Below, one piece after another: positions 25,530-38,460 of a stretch of 64,000 bases of DNA. The stretch is from contig NC_087436.1 in assembly GCF_036321535.1 (NCBI RefSeq), forward strand, positions 57,538,001 to 57,602,000, read 5' to 3'. The number at the start of each line of letters is the position of its first letter. Positions within the stretch are counted from its first letter, which is position 1. The translations under genes were made by a program, and so were the position numbers. Under the pieces are notes generated by a model. The model searched no databases. It saw nothing but the letters and a program-made list of their open reading frames with translations, and was not told where the DNA came from. This stretch comes from Camelus dromedarius (Eukaryota).

Positions 25530-25835
25530 GTTCTTTTTTACGTATACATATCTGTTTTTTTCATATTCTTTCCATCATATGTTATTGTAAGAAACTGAAT
25601 ACAGTTCCCAGTGCTATACAGTAAGTCCTTGTTGTTTATCTATTTTATATATAGTAATATGTATCTGTTAATCCCAAACTCCTAATTTACCCCTCCCCTG
25701 TCCTTTCCCCTTTGGTAACCCTACAGTTTGTTTTCTATGGCCATGAGTCTATTTTTAGTTTGTAAATACGATTTGTATCATTTTTTTTAGATTCCACATA
25801 TAAGTGATATCATATGATATTTGTCTTTCTCTGTA
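25530..25835 (-). mobile_element. L1 3' fragment (artiodactyl-type)
   Basis: 'acagttcccagtgctatacagtaagtccttgttgtttatctattttatat...agattccacatataagtgatatc'. Confidence 0.85.
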
Positions 25836-27334
25836 ATAGTTTTATTTCTAAATGCATTTAGTTCTGTTTTATCATTCTAAAGTATAAAGTAGAATATGTA
25901 TTTGACTTAAATATTTTCATGAGATGCTAAAATCTAGATCAACAGGTGAGCAGTTACAAATTGGTTCAGATATAAACTAAGGAAACAGTGGCATATGTTT
26001 GTAATGTGGTGTTGTATTTTCCTGACATCTACTGTTTCAGTTTCAGAAACCCCTATCCAACCCCCATTTACTTTCTGCAAAAGCTACCTTATCTCTGTTA
26101 TGCAGAGAGACACTGATTTATAAGAGCTATATTTTCAAACTAGATACCTGTGGTGTCTATTTCCAATACATACAGTACAGAACAGTAGGTTAAATAAAGA
26201 GAAGATGCCCCAAAAAGAGTACCCAAAAAGAGTACACTCATTATTCTTTAGCCTGGGGGTACCATCCACTTATTAAAAAGCAGATTTTGAGCTTTTCTGT
26301 GCTGTTGACACGTTAAGACAATCAAGTCAATGTTACTGTCAATTACCTTGCCAGATATCACACTACTTTTGACAAGTATCTAAGTTGATTGCTGGGAAGT
26401 TCACTCAGTGTAACCCTAACTTTATTTCCTATCCAAGTTCTTTCTTGTCTAAAGAAGACCACTCAACCTATAGGATAGAATAAATCTTTCAAGTTGGGAG
26501 CATTTGAGAGAGAGGAAAGGAAAAAGAAACAATGGAAACAAATAAAAGGACATCCATTAGGCAGATTGCACCAGAGTGCTTGTTTTCCTCTTAAAGAATC
26601 TCAGTCATGCAGTCAAGTCAAGGACGTTTAGACTTGGACAAATTTTTATGGAACAGTATTAAATTCATACAGATTTTTAAAAACCCTTTCTCCAGGATTT
26701 GACTACCTGGCCTAGTAATATTTTCTATTTTTTATAATAATTCCTGAAAGAATAGGTAGCTCAGTAGGATAGGTTCCTTTATATCCATTTACCACTGTAA
26801 TATTTTATTTTGGTTTAAAACAAATTTTAATTTGTTTATTTCATAGATATCAGTTTTACAATGTTAAAATGTAACATCTCAAGCATATTTGTTAATACTA
26901 TAAAAAACATATTATAATGATAAATTTGATCAAAATAAACCTGATAGATAAAAATAAATTAGTATAATCCAACATAATTAAAGCTTTTCCTCACAGCACA
27001 TATTCCTTCAAATATTTAAGCTAATCTGTGCACTAAAACACTGAAAGTCTAAAGTAAAACAAGCCTACAGAGAACTTAATGACAATGTTTCCTTCTAGAT
27101 GGATTTGCTTTGTGGAAATGAGGTTTTTTTTTTAAAAAGTACTATTGCTGTGTCTCTTTAATCCATATAAGTTGTAAGTTTATTTCCTAGAACTCACACA
27201 CAATTTTTAAGAAATAAAGCTATGTGATAAATATTTTCAACACTAGGACTGTTGGGCCAACTTTATTTTTGGTACAGATCTATATGGTATATTCAGAAAT
27301 GATAAGCTTGTTTACTTTGTCTTCATGACTAAAT

Positions 27335-29215
27335 GTTAACTTTTTTTGTATTTTAATTTTTAAATTTATTTTTTATTGAGGTAACATTGGTATATGACAT
27401 TAAAAATATTTTATTGAAGTATAGTCAGTTTACAATGTTCTGTCAACTTCTGGTGTACAGCACAATGCTTTAGTCATACATGAATATACATATATTCATT
27501 TTCATACTCCTTTTCACTGTAAGCTACTACAAGATATCAAATATAGCTCCCTGTGCTATCCAGTAAGAACTCATTTACCTATTTTATATATACCAGTCAG
27601 TATCTGCAAATCTTGATCTCTCAATTTATCCCTTCCCACCCCCTGCCCCCTGGTAACCATAAATTTGCTATCTCTCTGAATCTGTGTCTGTTTTGTAAAT
27701 AAGTTTGTTTCTCTTTTTTTTTTTAGATTCCACATATGAGTGATATCATATGGTATTTTTCTTCCTCTTTCTGGCTAACTTCACTTAGAATGACATTCTC
27801 CAGGGACATTCGTGTTGCTGCAAATGGCATTATTTTATTATTTTTTATGACTGAGTAGTATTCCATTATATAAATATGCCACAACTTCTTTATCCAGTCA
27901 TCTGCCAGTGGACATTTAGGTTGTTTCCATGTCTTGGCTATTTTAAATAGTGCTGCTATGAATATTGGGGTGCAGGTGTCTTTTTAATTAAGGTTCCTTC
28001 TGGATATATGCCCAGGAGTAGGATTGCTGGATCATATGGTAAGTCTATTTTTAACCTTTTGAGGAATCTCCATACTGTTTTCCACAATGGCTGCACAAAC
28101 CTACATTCCTACTGACAGTGTAGGAGGGTTCCCTTTCCTCCACAGCCTCTCTATCGTCTGTGGACTTTTGAATGATGGCCCTTCTGACCAGTGTGAAGTG
28201 ATACCTCTTTGTAGTTTTGATTTGCGTTTCTCTGATAATTAGCAATATTGAGCATTTTTTCATGTGCCAATTGGCCATTTGTATGTGTTCACTGGAGAAT
28301 TGCTTGTTTAGTTCTTCTGCCCATTTTTGGATTGCATTGTTTGTTTTTTTTCTTATTAAGTTGTATGAGCTGTTTATATATTCTGGAAATTAAGCCCTTG
28401 TCAGTCTCATCTTTTGCAAGTATTTTCTCCCATTCTGTAGGTTGTCATTTTGTTTTGCTTATGGTTTCCTTTGTTATGCAAAAGTGTGTAAATTTAATTA
28501 GGCCTCATTTGTTTATTTTTGCTTTTATTTCTATTGCTTGGGTAGACTGCCCTAGGAGAACATTGCTGGGTTTATGTTTTATGTGGACAATATTACATTT
28601 CTACTTTTATGTCCACTAGAGCAGGCTCACTGCCAAAAATTTTGTTTCCATCCAGCACCATACAGTTGATCATTTACCAATTTTGCCCTCCCTCAGTGCT
28701 TCTTCCCGTCTGGTAACCAACATGCCTTTCCTGTATCTATGTTTGTTTTTGTTGGATTTGGGTTTTTTCATTTGTTTCTTTGTTTTTTTTTTTTTTATAT
28801 TACACATATGAGTGAAATCATATGGCATTTGTTTTCTCCGTCTGACTTTTTCAATTAGCATAATACCCTCAAGGTCCATTCATGTTATTGAAAATGGCAA
28901 GATTTCATCTTTTTCATGGTTGAGTAGTATTCCATTGTACATATATGCCATATCTTCTTTATCCATTCAGTCGTTGATGGGCACTTAGATTCCATATGTT
29001 GGCTACTGCTTCCATATGTTGGCTATTGTGAATAATGCTGCAGTGAACATAAGGGTAAATTTCTCTTTTCGTATTAGCATTTTCATATTCTTTAGATAAA
29101 TATCCAAAGGTGGAGTTGCTGGATTGTATGGTATTTCTGTTATTAATTTTTAAGGAATCTCCATATTTTCCATCATAGCTGTACCAACTTATATTTTCAC
29201 CAATATTGTATGAAG
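27335..29215 (-). mobile_element. Older L1 3' end (host), split by a younger L1
   Basis: Host tail 27335-27403 resumes at ~28571 and continues into ORF2 C-terminal sequence until ~29215. Confidence 0.8.
27404..28570 (-). mobile_element. Young L1 3' ~1.2 kb nested in the older L1
   Basis: ORF2 remnant '[32 protein letters not shown]'; 3'UTR matches 49704-50168 and 10224-10613. Confidence 0.9.
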
Positions 29216-29429
29216 TGAATGTAAACTTTAAAAAAAGAGATTAGTCCACAACTCAGGATCAAAATGAGAAAATGAAACGGTACAATATGTTCAATAAAAT
29301 TTAAGAGAAGAGGACCAGCAGTGCATCTCAACAAGATATACACCATTTAGAAGCTAAGAAACAGGTGAGTATATGGTACAGAATATATATACATATATAT
29401 ATATATAATGTCCAATAGATATATGAATA

Positions 29430-29935
29430 TATATAACATCTAATAAAGATTTTTAAATTTGCACGTACTTACGTAAATCTATTTCTTTTTAATGATTCAA
29501 TGTATTCTATCGTAAGTAACATGTTTCATTTAATTAGTATTTTATAGGTGATCATTTACATTATTTAAATTGTTTCACTACCATAAAAATAATATGCTAA
29601 ACACCATATAAGAAAAATTTTGACTCATGTTCATTATTTCTAGACATGAAATTTGTGTCTTAAATGTATGCATTAATAGGGTTTCTGTTAGTACTCTTTA
29701 GAAAGCTGGTACTAATTTACAGTCTCTTTCGTTTGTTTTAAATTTTTTATTATGGAAAATTTCAAAATTATATGTAAGTAGAGAAAACAGTGCAATAAGC
29801 CAGCAGGTCCTCCTCACTCACCTTCAACAGTTACCAACAGATTGCCCATCTTATTTTATCTATTCTACCATCTGAGTCCCCTCCCTCCTTTATAGAGTAT
29901 TTTGAAGTAAATCTCAAACATCATAAACAGTGAAA
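29430..29935 (-). mobile_element. L1ME-like fragments
   Basis: 'ttttattatggaaaatttcaaa...agagtattttgaagtaaatctcaaacatcat'. Confidence 0.6.
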
Positions 29936-31899
29936 AACATGTATTTAAATGCTTAGAGAAAATGTAAGCATAACTATAAAGCTAATCACCATGTAAAGAA
30001 AATCACGCAAGAAGAATAAGCTTCTAAAAACATTACAATACAAACCAAAACACTCCGTACTTAAAGAAATGGGAAGACTATCTAAAGAAAATAATGTAAC
30101 AGTGTAGGATAATCTATAATAAGTCTGTACTTTAAATATATGTATAGGAAAAAAGAAATAAAAGGACATTTAATCATGGGCAGAGAGAAAAGAAACATTT
30201 GAACTTTTGAGGATAGTGTCAAGTGGGCTAAAATCCAAAATGTAAGGAGAACTGCGACAAAAACTAAGGGAGAAAAAAAGAGTGTTTTAGAATCAAGTTT
30301 GCATCAAAGAGAAGAAGGACCAGACTCAGCTTCTGGCAGATGATGTTACAATGAACAAGAAAAAGTAATTGAGTAGATTTCCAGTTCCTTTCTTTTTTTG
30401 GCTTTTACATTCTTCATTAATAGTAGTAATTCAACAACAACAACAACAAAATGTTAGAACAAAGTAAGTACAAGGGAATATTTTAGTTCAAGATACATTG
30501 AGAGATACTAAGGCTAAACCTTACTGTTGTAATAGAGTTCATATCTTGGCTCCAAATGTCCTATATCCAATACGTAAAGTCAGAATTGTCATCACTAATA
30601 TTACAAGAATTTACATGGATTAGTAATTGGTTCCATAAGATGTGGGATAGATAACTGCTGGCTCATTCTTCAAACAGATAACACCTACAACCTCCAGTTG
30701 AGTAAGCATGCTATTTATTCATACAAAATTTTAGGACAGATGATTAAGAAAATTGTTTTAACATCTTAGAAATATAGACAGTGAACACTAGTCATTTTCC
30801 TATGTTTGATAAACATGTGGTGCCAAACTAAACTACTTTCCCTTTTAAAAAAAAATCAATGTACTCAGCTAGGTGTTCATGAGAATGTTGTACATCCTTA
30901 GACAAATCTTCCTTAATAAACTCATGGAAGAAGTTTTTAAGAATGAAAGTGTTTTGTAACTTGGCCCAGTCTATCTTAAAGATAATTCAGTAGCCTTATG
31001 ACAACCCGCAGGTACTTGCATCAGTCAGGACAAACTATTTTGTCCTTTTTCCTGTCCACTATTTTTATTAAGCTCTTGTAAGAAGATGTAGAAAGCAAGC
31101 TTATTAGAACACATAAAGCTGAGAGGAAGAATCAATAAATAAGAATGTTGAAAAGAGCAAAGTGAAATAGGTTAAAATAAAGGAAAATGGAGACCAGTCT
31201 TGAAAATCACGAGTAGACAAAACCAGTTAAGCCACAGAAGCAAAACTTAGTCTAGCTTATTTCAAGAGCAGAAGTGAAACTTAAAGATTATTCTAGTAAA
31301 TACGTTTGATAATCATAAATGAAATTTAAGTCATCTTCCTCAAATGATATGAGATAATCGCTTTTAAGTAATCCCCTGCTGTGGTAATTCTCACTGCAAA
31401 AACCAGTCATTGTAAAGATTAAATAACTTCTTCATTTTCACGTTATAAGTCATCCTGTAACGTTATGCTTCTGAACTTCATATCACTTTTGGGTTTGAAG
31501 TCTCTCTGTTTGCAAACAGATTGTTTCTCACTCAGTAAAATATTCCTGTCAAGTTATAACTCTGAATTTTTTTGAACATAAATAGTAAGAATAAATGAAA
31601 ACCTCTTCAAAAATCAGTTATTACAAACAGGAGACCCTAGAATCAAATTAATAAGCATTCCCATAAAAAAAAATCACATCTCAATATTTCAGTTGATGGA
31701 AAGCTCAATATAAGCCACCAGTGTATTGCTGACTTTCCAAAAATCTGGTGGAATTTTAATATGACTCAAACATGTTGCTCGTAACAAGGGGCAGAGTGAT
31801 TAAGACCTCTGAGGTGTAGGGTCAGAGAAAAGTGGTGTTAGCTCTGTCACCACAGACAAGGTGCTTTACCTCCGCGTGCCTCTCTTGCCGTTGCCTGCC

Positions 31900-32270
31900 A
31901 AGACCAGGCATCTGGCCTCTGCCTAACTCTGATTCCCCCACCAATCTTGCTCCATCTCTTTCAGCTACATGGGATGGTTTGCTTTCCCTTAGTCTTCCCA
32001 GCTCATCTCACCTCGGGCCTTTTCTGCTAGCTCGATGTCCAACTCGGCCCCACTGGCTCACTCCTGTACTTCGTTCACGTTTGTTCAAACGTCACCTCCC
32101 TATAGGAGACTTGTTGGACCTGCATATCCAACTTCCACCCTCCAAAACCTTCCACTTCAGCACTCCCTGTCCCCTTCTACACTTCATTTTTTTAATAGCA
32201 CTTATGTCAGTGTTAAGTTGTATTATTTCTTGTCCAGTTGTCCATTTTCTCCACAAGCGTTCTGCACGTC
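31900..32270 (+). mobile_element. L2 fragment
   Basis: Pyrimidine-rich L2 3' motifs 'ctcacctcgggccttttctgctagct...ttcaaacgtcacctccc...tagcacttat'. Confidence 0.65.
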
Positions 32271-32284
32271 CACAGCACTGATAA

Positions 32285-32522
32285 TAGTAACGATGAACAC
32301 TCATGTGATAATTACTATGCACCAGACACTATTCTAAGTTTTTCACATACATTGTTTGATATTATTTAAGACAAATCTTAAAATCCCATGTGCTACTGAA
32401 GAAACTGAGGCATTGAGAAGCTGAGTTATTTTTCCCCCAATCACAAAACTGGTAAATAGCAGAGTCCGCATTCAAGTCCAGGAAGTCTGGCTCTGGAGAC
32501 CAAGCCTTTAACCACCACGCTA
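32285..32522 (-). mobile_element. MIR SINE
   Basis: 'tatgcaccagacactattctaag...gaagaaactgaggca...gtctggctctggagaccaagcctttaaccacc'. Confidence 0.8.
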
Positions 32523-33992
32523 TAGGGTTTCACTGTGGCAGCTAGCTAACATTTTGTTAGATAACCAAATGTAAAAGTTGGATAAAATAGTGCATTTAAA
32601 AGTATGCCTCTCAAATACCTAGGCCAGTGCATGGCATATAATAAATATGCAACACAGGTTCATAACAATAATATATTTATTATTATTATTCTGCACTGGT
32701 AGGAGCACTTTTGGAATATAATCTTCAGTTTTATTTAAGAATTATTTGACATATTGGAGCATATCTTTTAAAGAGTGCTCAAGATGATGAAAGTTCTAGA
32801 AATTACGTCATTTGATAAAAAAAGTTTGTAGAGTTTGGGAATTTCAGGCTGGTGAAGTCTTAATGTAAGCTTCTAGTTGTCTTCAAATGTCTGAACGTCC
32901 CCAGAGAGCAGAAAAAAGACATGTGAATACAAATTATAAGGAAGTATATTTTTCAACACCTTACAAGGATGAACTTTCTCATAAATATTGCAGATCAAAG
33001 GGTCCTGAGCAGCCTTTTTAAGTAGTGATCTCTGTAAAATCCAAGCATAAGCTTAATATTACAGGAAGTGATCTGAAACTCCACTGTAAGAACATCTACT
33101 TTTATAGTCTTTGCCTCAGATTTACCAGATTATGAGTACTTTGTCATCCGAGGTGCATTTGTATCCTTTCCTTATAAAGTGTACAGAAATATTTTTATAT
33201 TTACAAGCCTTAGAAAGAGCCAGGGGAGTAAAATACAAGCAAAGGAAGGAAACTAACAGGGTAGGCATTTTCTCACCGTGTCCTCACAACAGTCTGTGAG
33301 GTGGGTGCTATTCTGATTCCATGCATAAAATTCAGAGGAATAGAAGAGTTTATTCAGGTGGGTTGCAAAGCAAATAAAAGCAAGTATGTAGTTTGACCAC
33401 AGGTCAGTCTAATTTAAAACATGTGCTCATTCTACCACTTTGCATTATGATTATTTTTTTCTTCCAGAAGGACTCACAAAGTAGAATTACTCATAGTCTT
33501 TACTCAACACTGCAGTAGGCTGACACATTTTGGTTTCCCTAATTACATTAAATAATTAGCTTGGCAGAAACCCTCTCTCCCTTACAGGAACAAGAATTTC
33601 AACAATCCAGTGTGATAAAACCCTCCTTTGAATGAATAAAATTCTGTGGAGTACACATAAAAATCCCTAGTTGTGTATATTTATCTGCAAATTTCTCCCC
33701 AATGTGTAGATCTGACGCACAGGCACTAGGCACTGATTTTCAGAAGTTTGGTAGCTTGAATGTGAGTTTTGAACATTTTCCTCACTACTTCAGCATTTGA
33801 AAGATGACACATGAAACAATGAACATGCTTCCAATGCAAAACCTCAACAGGTGCTGGAAATACTAAGGCTTGTGTGAAAATGTATCTTAATTAATAATGC
33901 CAATCATAATGTCAATTCTGTTTATACATTCTTACAATGAGTTTATATTTGTAAATTCTTTTCTTTTCCTTGGGGATGTTTTCTGCTCATAG

Positions 33993-34139
33993 CGACTGTG
34001 CTACTTTTCTTAAACTATATGCTTTTCATCATGCCCTTTGATGGAAGTAAAAAGCAAGCACAACTCCTCCTCTCTGTTGGTTCGATTCTCTACTTTTTTT
34101 CCTACTGGAACTATTGTGATCCTGGTCCGACATGTTTTG
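33993..34139 (+). other. Exon-like segment 1 of a hypothetical plus-strand transcript
   Basis: Acceptor 'ttttctgctcatag|', donor 'TTG|gtaaga'; 147 nt with one open frame; not a recognised repeat. Confidence 0.25.
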
Positions 34140-35053
34140 GTAAGATGATAGCTCAGTTACTCCCTGAGGCGACCAACTGTATTTGATCAAGAGAGAGAAA
34201 AACAGGTTTTTAATATTGCATTGTTTACTGTATTGATTTTTGGTTGATCTTTTATTTGATAAGAAAGATATTTTTAAAGTTCACATGAATTTCAAGGGAC
34301 TCGGCATATCGTATTTATAATAATTCATTTCTTCTACCTAGATTTTATGAAAAAATATATTTTGTTCTTTTCACTTTTCTAAATCAAGAAATCAAGTCAT
34401 AATCCAAATCTGATATTTTAGTGATGTGATTCACTGTTAAGCATAATAAAGATTAATCAGAAAATAAATGAAGGGCATGTTTCAATATATTAGTTCCATT
34501 ATATCTGTCTAAAAGACTGTTAGCAATGAGGCTGAATATATGCCACAAAAGGGACATAGTGTGAGTTTAGAAATGGGATTCAATGCATTATTAGAATTGG
34601 ATCGTTTTGCTTTTTTTTTTTTTTTTAATATGGCTATGACAAGGACAGTCAGTCTTACTGAGAATTGTGGTAAATAAGGACATAGAATTTTTCCGATTAT
34701 AGCTTTGATTATCTTACATACTGTTACTCTCTTACCCTTATTGAGGCCTGTTCTCAAGTAGCTCAAAATACTGCCACATATAACATCTCCTCCATAACGA
34801 ATATGCCCTTGGCACAAAAAACTGCTGTCTCTGATTCTATCTCATATGTAAGAAACCGAGACTTTAAAAATGTAAAGAACCTTGTTCAAGGTCAAGAAGG
34901 AAATTTACCATTAGAATTGGAGTCAACTTCACATGATATGGCTCCCTGTCCAGTGCTATTTCCATTCAAGTGCCTCCAGTTTTAAAACACTTCCTAATAT
35001 GTACTTCTTGAGGATCAGTTCATTCTTTGGACAATTCATTTTTTCCTTTACAG

Positions 35054-35135
35054 TTTCTGCTACAGTGGTATTTTCCAGTCTTGAAATTGCCATCAATTTT
35101 CAAAATGAAGAATGCTGCTTCTTTCCTCAAAATAA
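35054..35135 (+). other. Exon-like segment 2
   Basis: Acceptor 'ttttttcctttacag|', donor 'TAA|gtaagt'; 82 nt. Confidence 0.3.
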
Positions 35136-35259
35136 GTAAGTAGTCTCCTTGCATACAGAAAGAACATTACTGTGCTAGTTACTACTTATGGCTTTTCAGA
35201 CAGTTTTACTATGACTGTCTGAAAGACAAGCTCCCAGAATTCAAGAGGCTGACAGAGGG

Positions 35260-35460
35260 GTCAGGAGTGCAGCTCTGAGGTCTGATTTCATGGGACTGAA
35301 TCTCAGATTTATGATTCCTTGGTGATGTGACTCTGGGCAAGTCATGTGGCTATTTCATACATCACTTTTATAATTCGGTGCCAGAGGTGGTTAACTCATA
35401 AGAGTTTCCTGAAAATCATGAAGGGTAATATGTAGGTAACATTTAGCATGTGGCCTGAAA
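35260..35460 (+). mobile_element. MIR SINE
   Basis: 'ctctgaggtctgatttcatgggactgaatctcag...tgtgactctgggcaagtca'. Confidence 0.65.
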
Positions 35461-35489
35461 TGGAGTCCACACAAAAGAAGGTGAGTTTT

Positions 35490-36140
35490 TGTTAGAGCAG
35501 GCAGATAGCCAGATATGAGCAGAGAAAGGGGGACACAGACCAAATGGCAGGAATTGGGCAGAAAGGAGGGGCACAAGCCAAATGCAGGAAAACATACAAC
35601 ATATAAGCAGCAGGGGCCCCTGGGCAGAGAAAGAAAAGCAGGAATCTTTGGGCTAATAAGGGGCCACACCTTTTGGCCTGGAGACCAACAAAGAAAGGTC
35701 AGAAAAGGCAGGAATTTCCAGTGTCCGAATGTAACCTTTTGCTCATTATGCCCTCATTTCAATAAAATTAGCCTTGCAGATTAGAAGTACCCATCATGCA
35801 CTGCCGCCATGACACTTCCGATCCAAACTAAATAAGGACAAAAATCCCTCCTTCCTTTGGGAAGGTGGAGGTGGGATGACAATCAGGGAATACGACCCCA
35901 AACCCTTCCCTCCCCAATGAATGTTCCGCCCATTCCTTTTTACACCCTATGTAACTAACTTGCCAAAGAAACTCAGGGCAGCCAGCCGCTCACCTGAGCC
36001 TGCCCGCTCTCCCCTTGAGAGTGTACTGTCCATTCTTTCATAAATCCTCACTTTACTTTTTTTAACGACTATGCCTTGTCTCTGAATTCTTTCTGGGACG
36101 GGATAAGAACCTGGAATACCGGTTGTATCCACTGGCAACA
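35490..36140 (+). mobile_element. ERV1-type solo LTR (MER50-like 5' end)
   Basis: TGTT...AACA termini, 651 bp, flanks TTTT/TCTT as a possible 4-bp TSD; start 'tgttagagcaggcagatagccagatatgagcag'; several CpGs retained. Confidence 0.8.
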
Positions 36141-37199
36141 TCTTCACTCTGGCATGTTCCCTGAGCCACATCTCAGTAGGAGCGTACATCTCAGAGGAAC
36201 AGCCATTCTATGAATTCCACAACACTTGACCACCTTGTGAAATAAGGTCATTTCAGAAACCTAAGTTTGAAAATTGGTTAAAATTTGCTGGATAAATGCA
36301 GCGGCAAGTTAAAATCACTTCCAGGTATACAAATGGGGACTATTAAGATTTTTAGAAACATCAGACTGCAGGATCTTAGACTAAAGCAGGTAGATTACTC
36401 GCCCCCTCCCTGCCAAAAAAATATATACAATAATATTGACCCAGAATAAAAATCCCTAACCTATTGTAGAAATTCTATTTACTTTAAACAACAACAAAAC
36501 TCTCTAAAATGCTGAACAGGCAAAACTGGATACAACAAGAAAGAAAGAATAACATTAATTTTCTCCATTGATTTAGAATGTGGATTTTGAGAAGTGGGTG
36601 GCCTTGCAGTCAGGTGGCCAGGCAGTCAGGTTGTGTGCCACAGCAAAGCTCTGTGTCTTTTACTTCTTTTAGGATATGCTGAAGGTAAAACCAGGAAGAC
36701 CCTTGAGAACATGATTTTGAATCAATTTTTTTTTCTTAGTAGGAATATTAACTCTCTAGCTTTTTTCTGTGATGTATTTGAAATAAGACAACTATTTTAG
36801 TCAGAGTATCAAAGAATAGGTACTAGAATCTCAAGACAGTTTACTGAGTATAACAACATTGCTCTTTATAGAACAGGACAAAAATAAATTAGAAAAGGAG
36901 GGAAGCTCATTTTCAACATGGTGCTCTAAGTGTATTCCAATAGAAAGCTAGGACACGTGCAACTTTAGATTACAAAGCATGCCTACTTTCATACATTCTT
37001 TCGCTCCTTCTGTAATCTGATTAGGTAGACTGAAAGGAATCGTTATCCCCATTTTACAGGTATGAAAATAGGTACACAGAGCACTTTTATCACTTATCTA
37101 AGCAAGATCTAGAAACTGTTATTTTGAGTTCTTCTACAGGTCTTCTTTCAGGACATCAATCTTTTATTACGTCAGTGAGAAATGAAATATGCAATGTGC

Positions 37200-38460
37200 A
37201 GCCCCTCCTGGGTCTTCTTTGCTGGGTGTCCTCTAGCCAGTATGGAAACATTGGAGCATCTGCTCAGGTCTAGGTCCTCTTCTATCTCACTCTCTCCTTG
37301 GGGTGTCTCACTCACACCTATGGCTTTAAATACCTCTGCTTTTCTGATCATTCCCAAATTCATTCCACCTGCCTGTACCTTAAGCTCTTCACTTATCTAC
37401 CTCACTCCTACCTGACTTCCACACTTGGGGCGCCAGTCAGCATCTCAAACAATCAGACAGAGGTTTCAATTCACCCATTCAAACCTGTTTCTTTCCCATT
37501 TTCCCCCTCTTATTAAAAATTTTTGTTGCTCATTTTGGTTTTAGTCACTGCTTTTACTTAATATGAATTGTTCCTTTATGTAATTTTTTATTGTTAAGTA
37601 CACCCCTCTTTTTTTCCTGAAAAAAAAAAAATAACATCATAGGGTTTTTTGCACTGATATCTGGTTTATACCCCAACTAATTTTTGCATATGTATATAAT
37701 TAGGTAACCACCACCTGGATACAAAAATACCACAAAGATTTATATAGATATGTAAATAGATAAGTTTACAGGTAATTTCATAGATATGTAAATACTCCAT
37801 GGTGGTCAATTTCAAGCTACCAACATGACAGCACTGAACATGGAGCTGGGAGAAGCTGTGCAGAATCAGCTCTCACAGGCTGGTAGGAACTGGCTCCAGC
37901 ACACCATCAGGAATCCCTCCCGTTTTCTTTGAATAAGATGTAAACTCTTTACCATGATCTGTCCTGGCCTACCTCTCCAACTGCGCCGTATACCATTCTG
38001 CTATCACTTACTCACATTATAGCCACACTGAGCTCCATCTTGTCCCCACCATAAAACAAACCCTTCCCTGTCTCTGGGCCCTGAATGCACTAGTCTCTCT
38101 GGCCTGATTCTTCCCGTGGCTTCTCATTTTTGTCCTCCACAATTCAGCTGTAAAATGTCACATACTAAGAAACTTTTCCCTGGTCATCTACATCTAATAT
38201 AAATTAGTTCTCCGGTCTTAGTTTAAAATTTCTATTGCCTTATTTCGTAGCACAAATCTCAACGGGCAATTTTCATTTATTTAGCTCTTTATGTATTGTT
38301 TGCCTTTGCACTAGAATTTAGGCTTCATGAAGGCAGAAGCATAGTCTGTCTTGTCTACCACTGGTTCCCAGGACCTGGCTGAGAGCCTAACTCAAAGGAG
38401 GTACTTAATAAATATGTTGAGTGAATAAATGGATGGATAGACATTATCAACGAGTGAGTG
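37200..38460 (+). mobile_element. L2 3' portion, interrupted by a MER63-like element
   Basis: 'ctcacacctatggctttaaatacc' ... 'ctagaatttaggcttcatgaaggcag' ... 'aataaatatgttgagtgaataaatggatgga'. Confidence 0.8.
37515..37910. mobile_element. MER63-like hAT-Blackjack fragment
   Basis: 'aatttcaagctaccaacatgac...gctctcacaggctggtaggaactggctccagcacacca'; left boundary uncertain. Confidence 0.65.

Larger units (their letters stand above)
30550..33050 (+). mobile_element. Fragmented CR1/L3 LINE (interrupted by L2 and MIR)
   Basis: RT remnants KILGQMIKK (from 30725) and CQTKLLS (from 30821); collinear L3-like pieces at ~31700-31790 and ~32770-33000. Confidence 0.55.

Noticed and set aside
26209..26236. 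Short tandem duplications (also ~28990-29025, 38579-38619, 51460-51485)
   Set aside because: Ordinary slippage-type micro-duplications with no sign of function.
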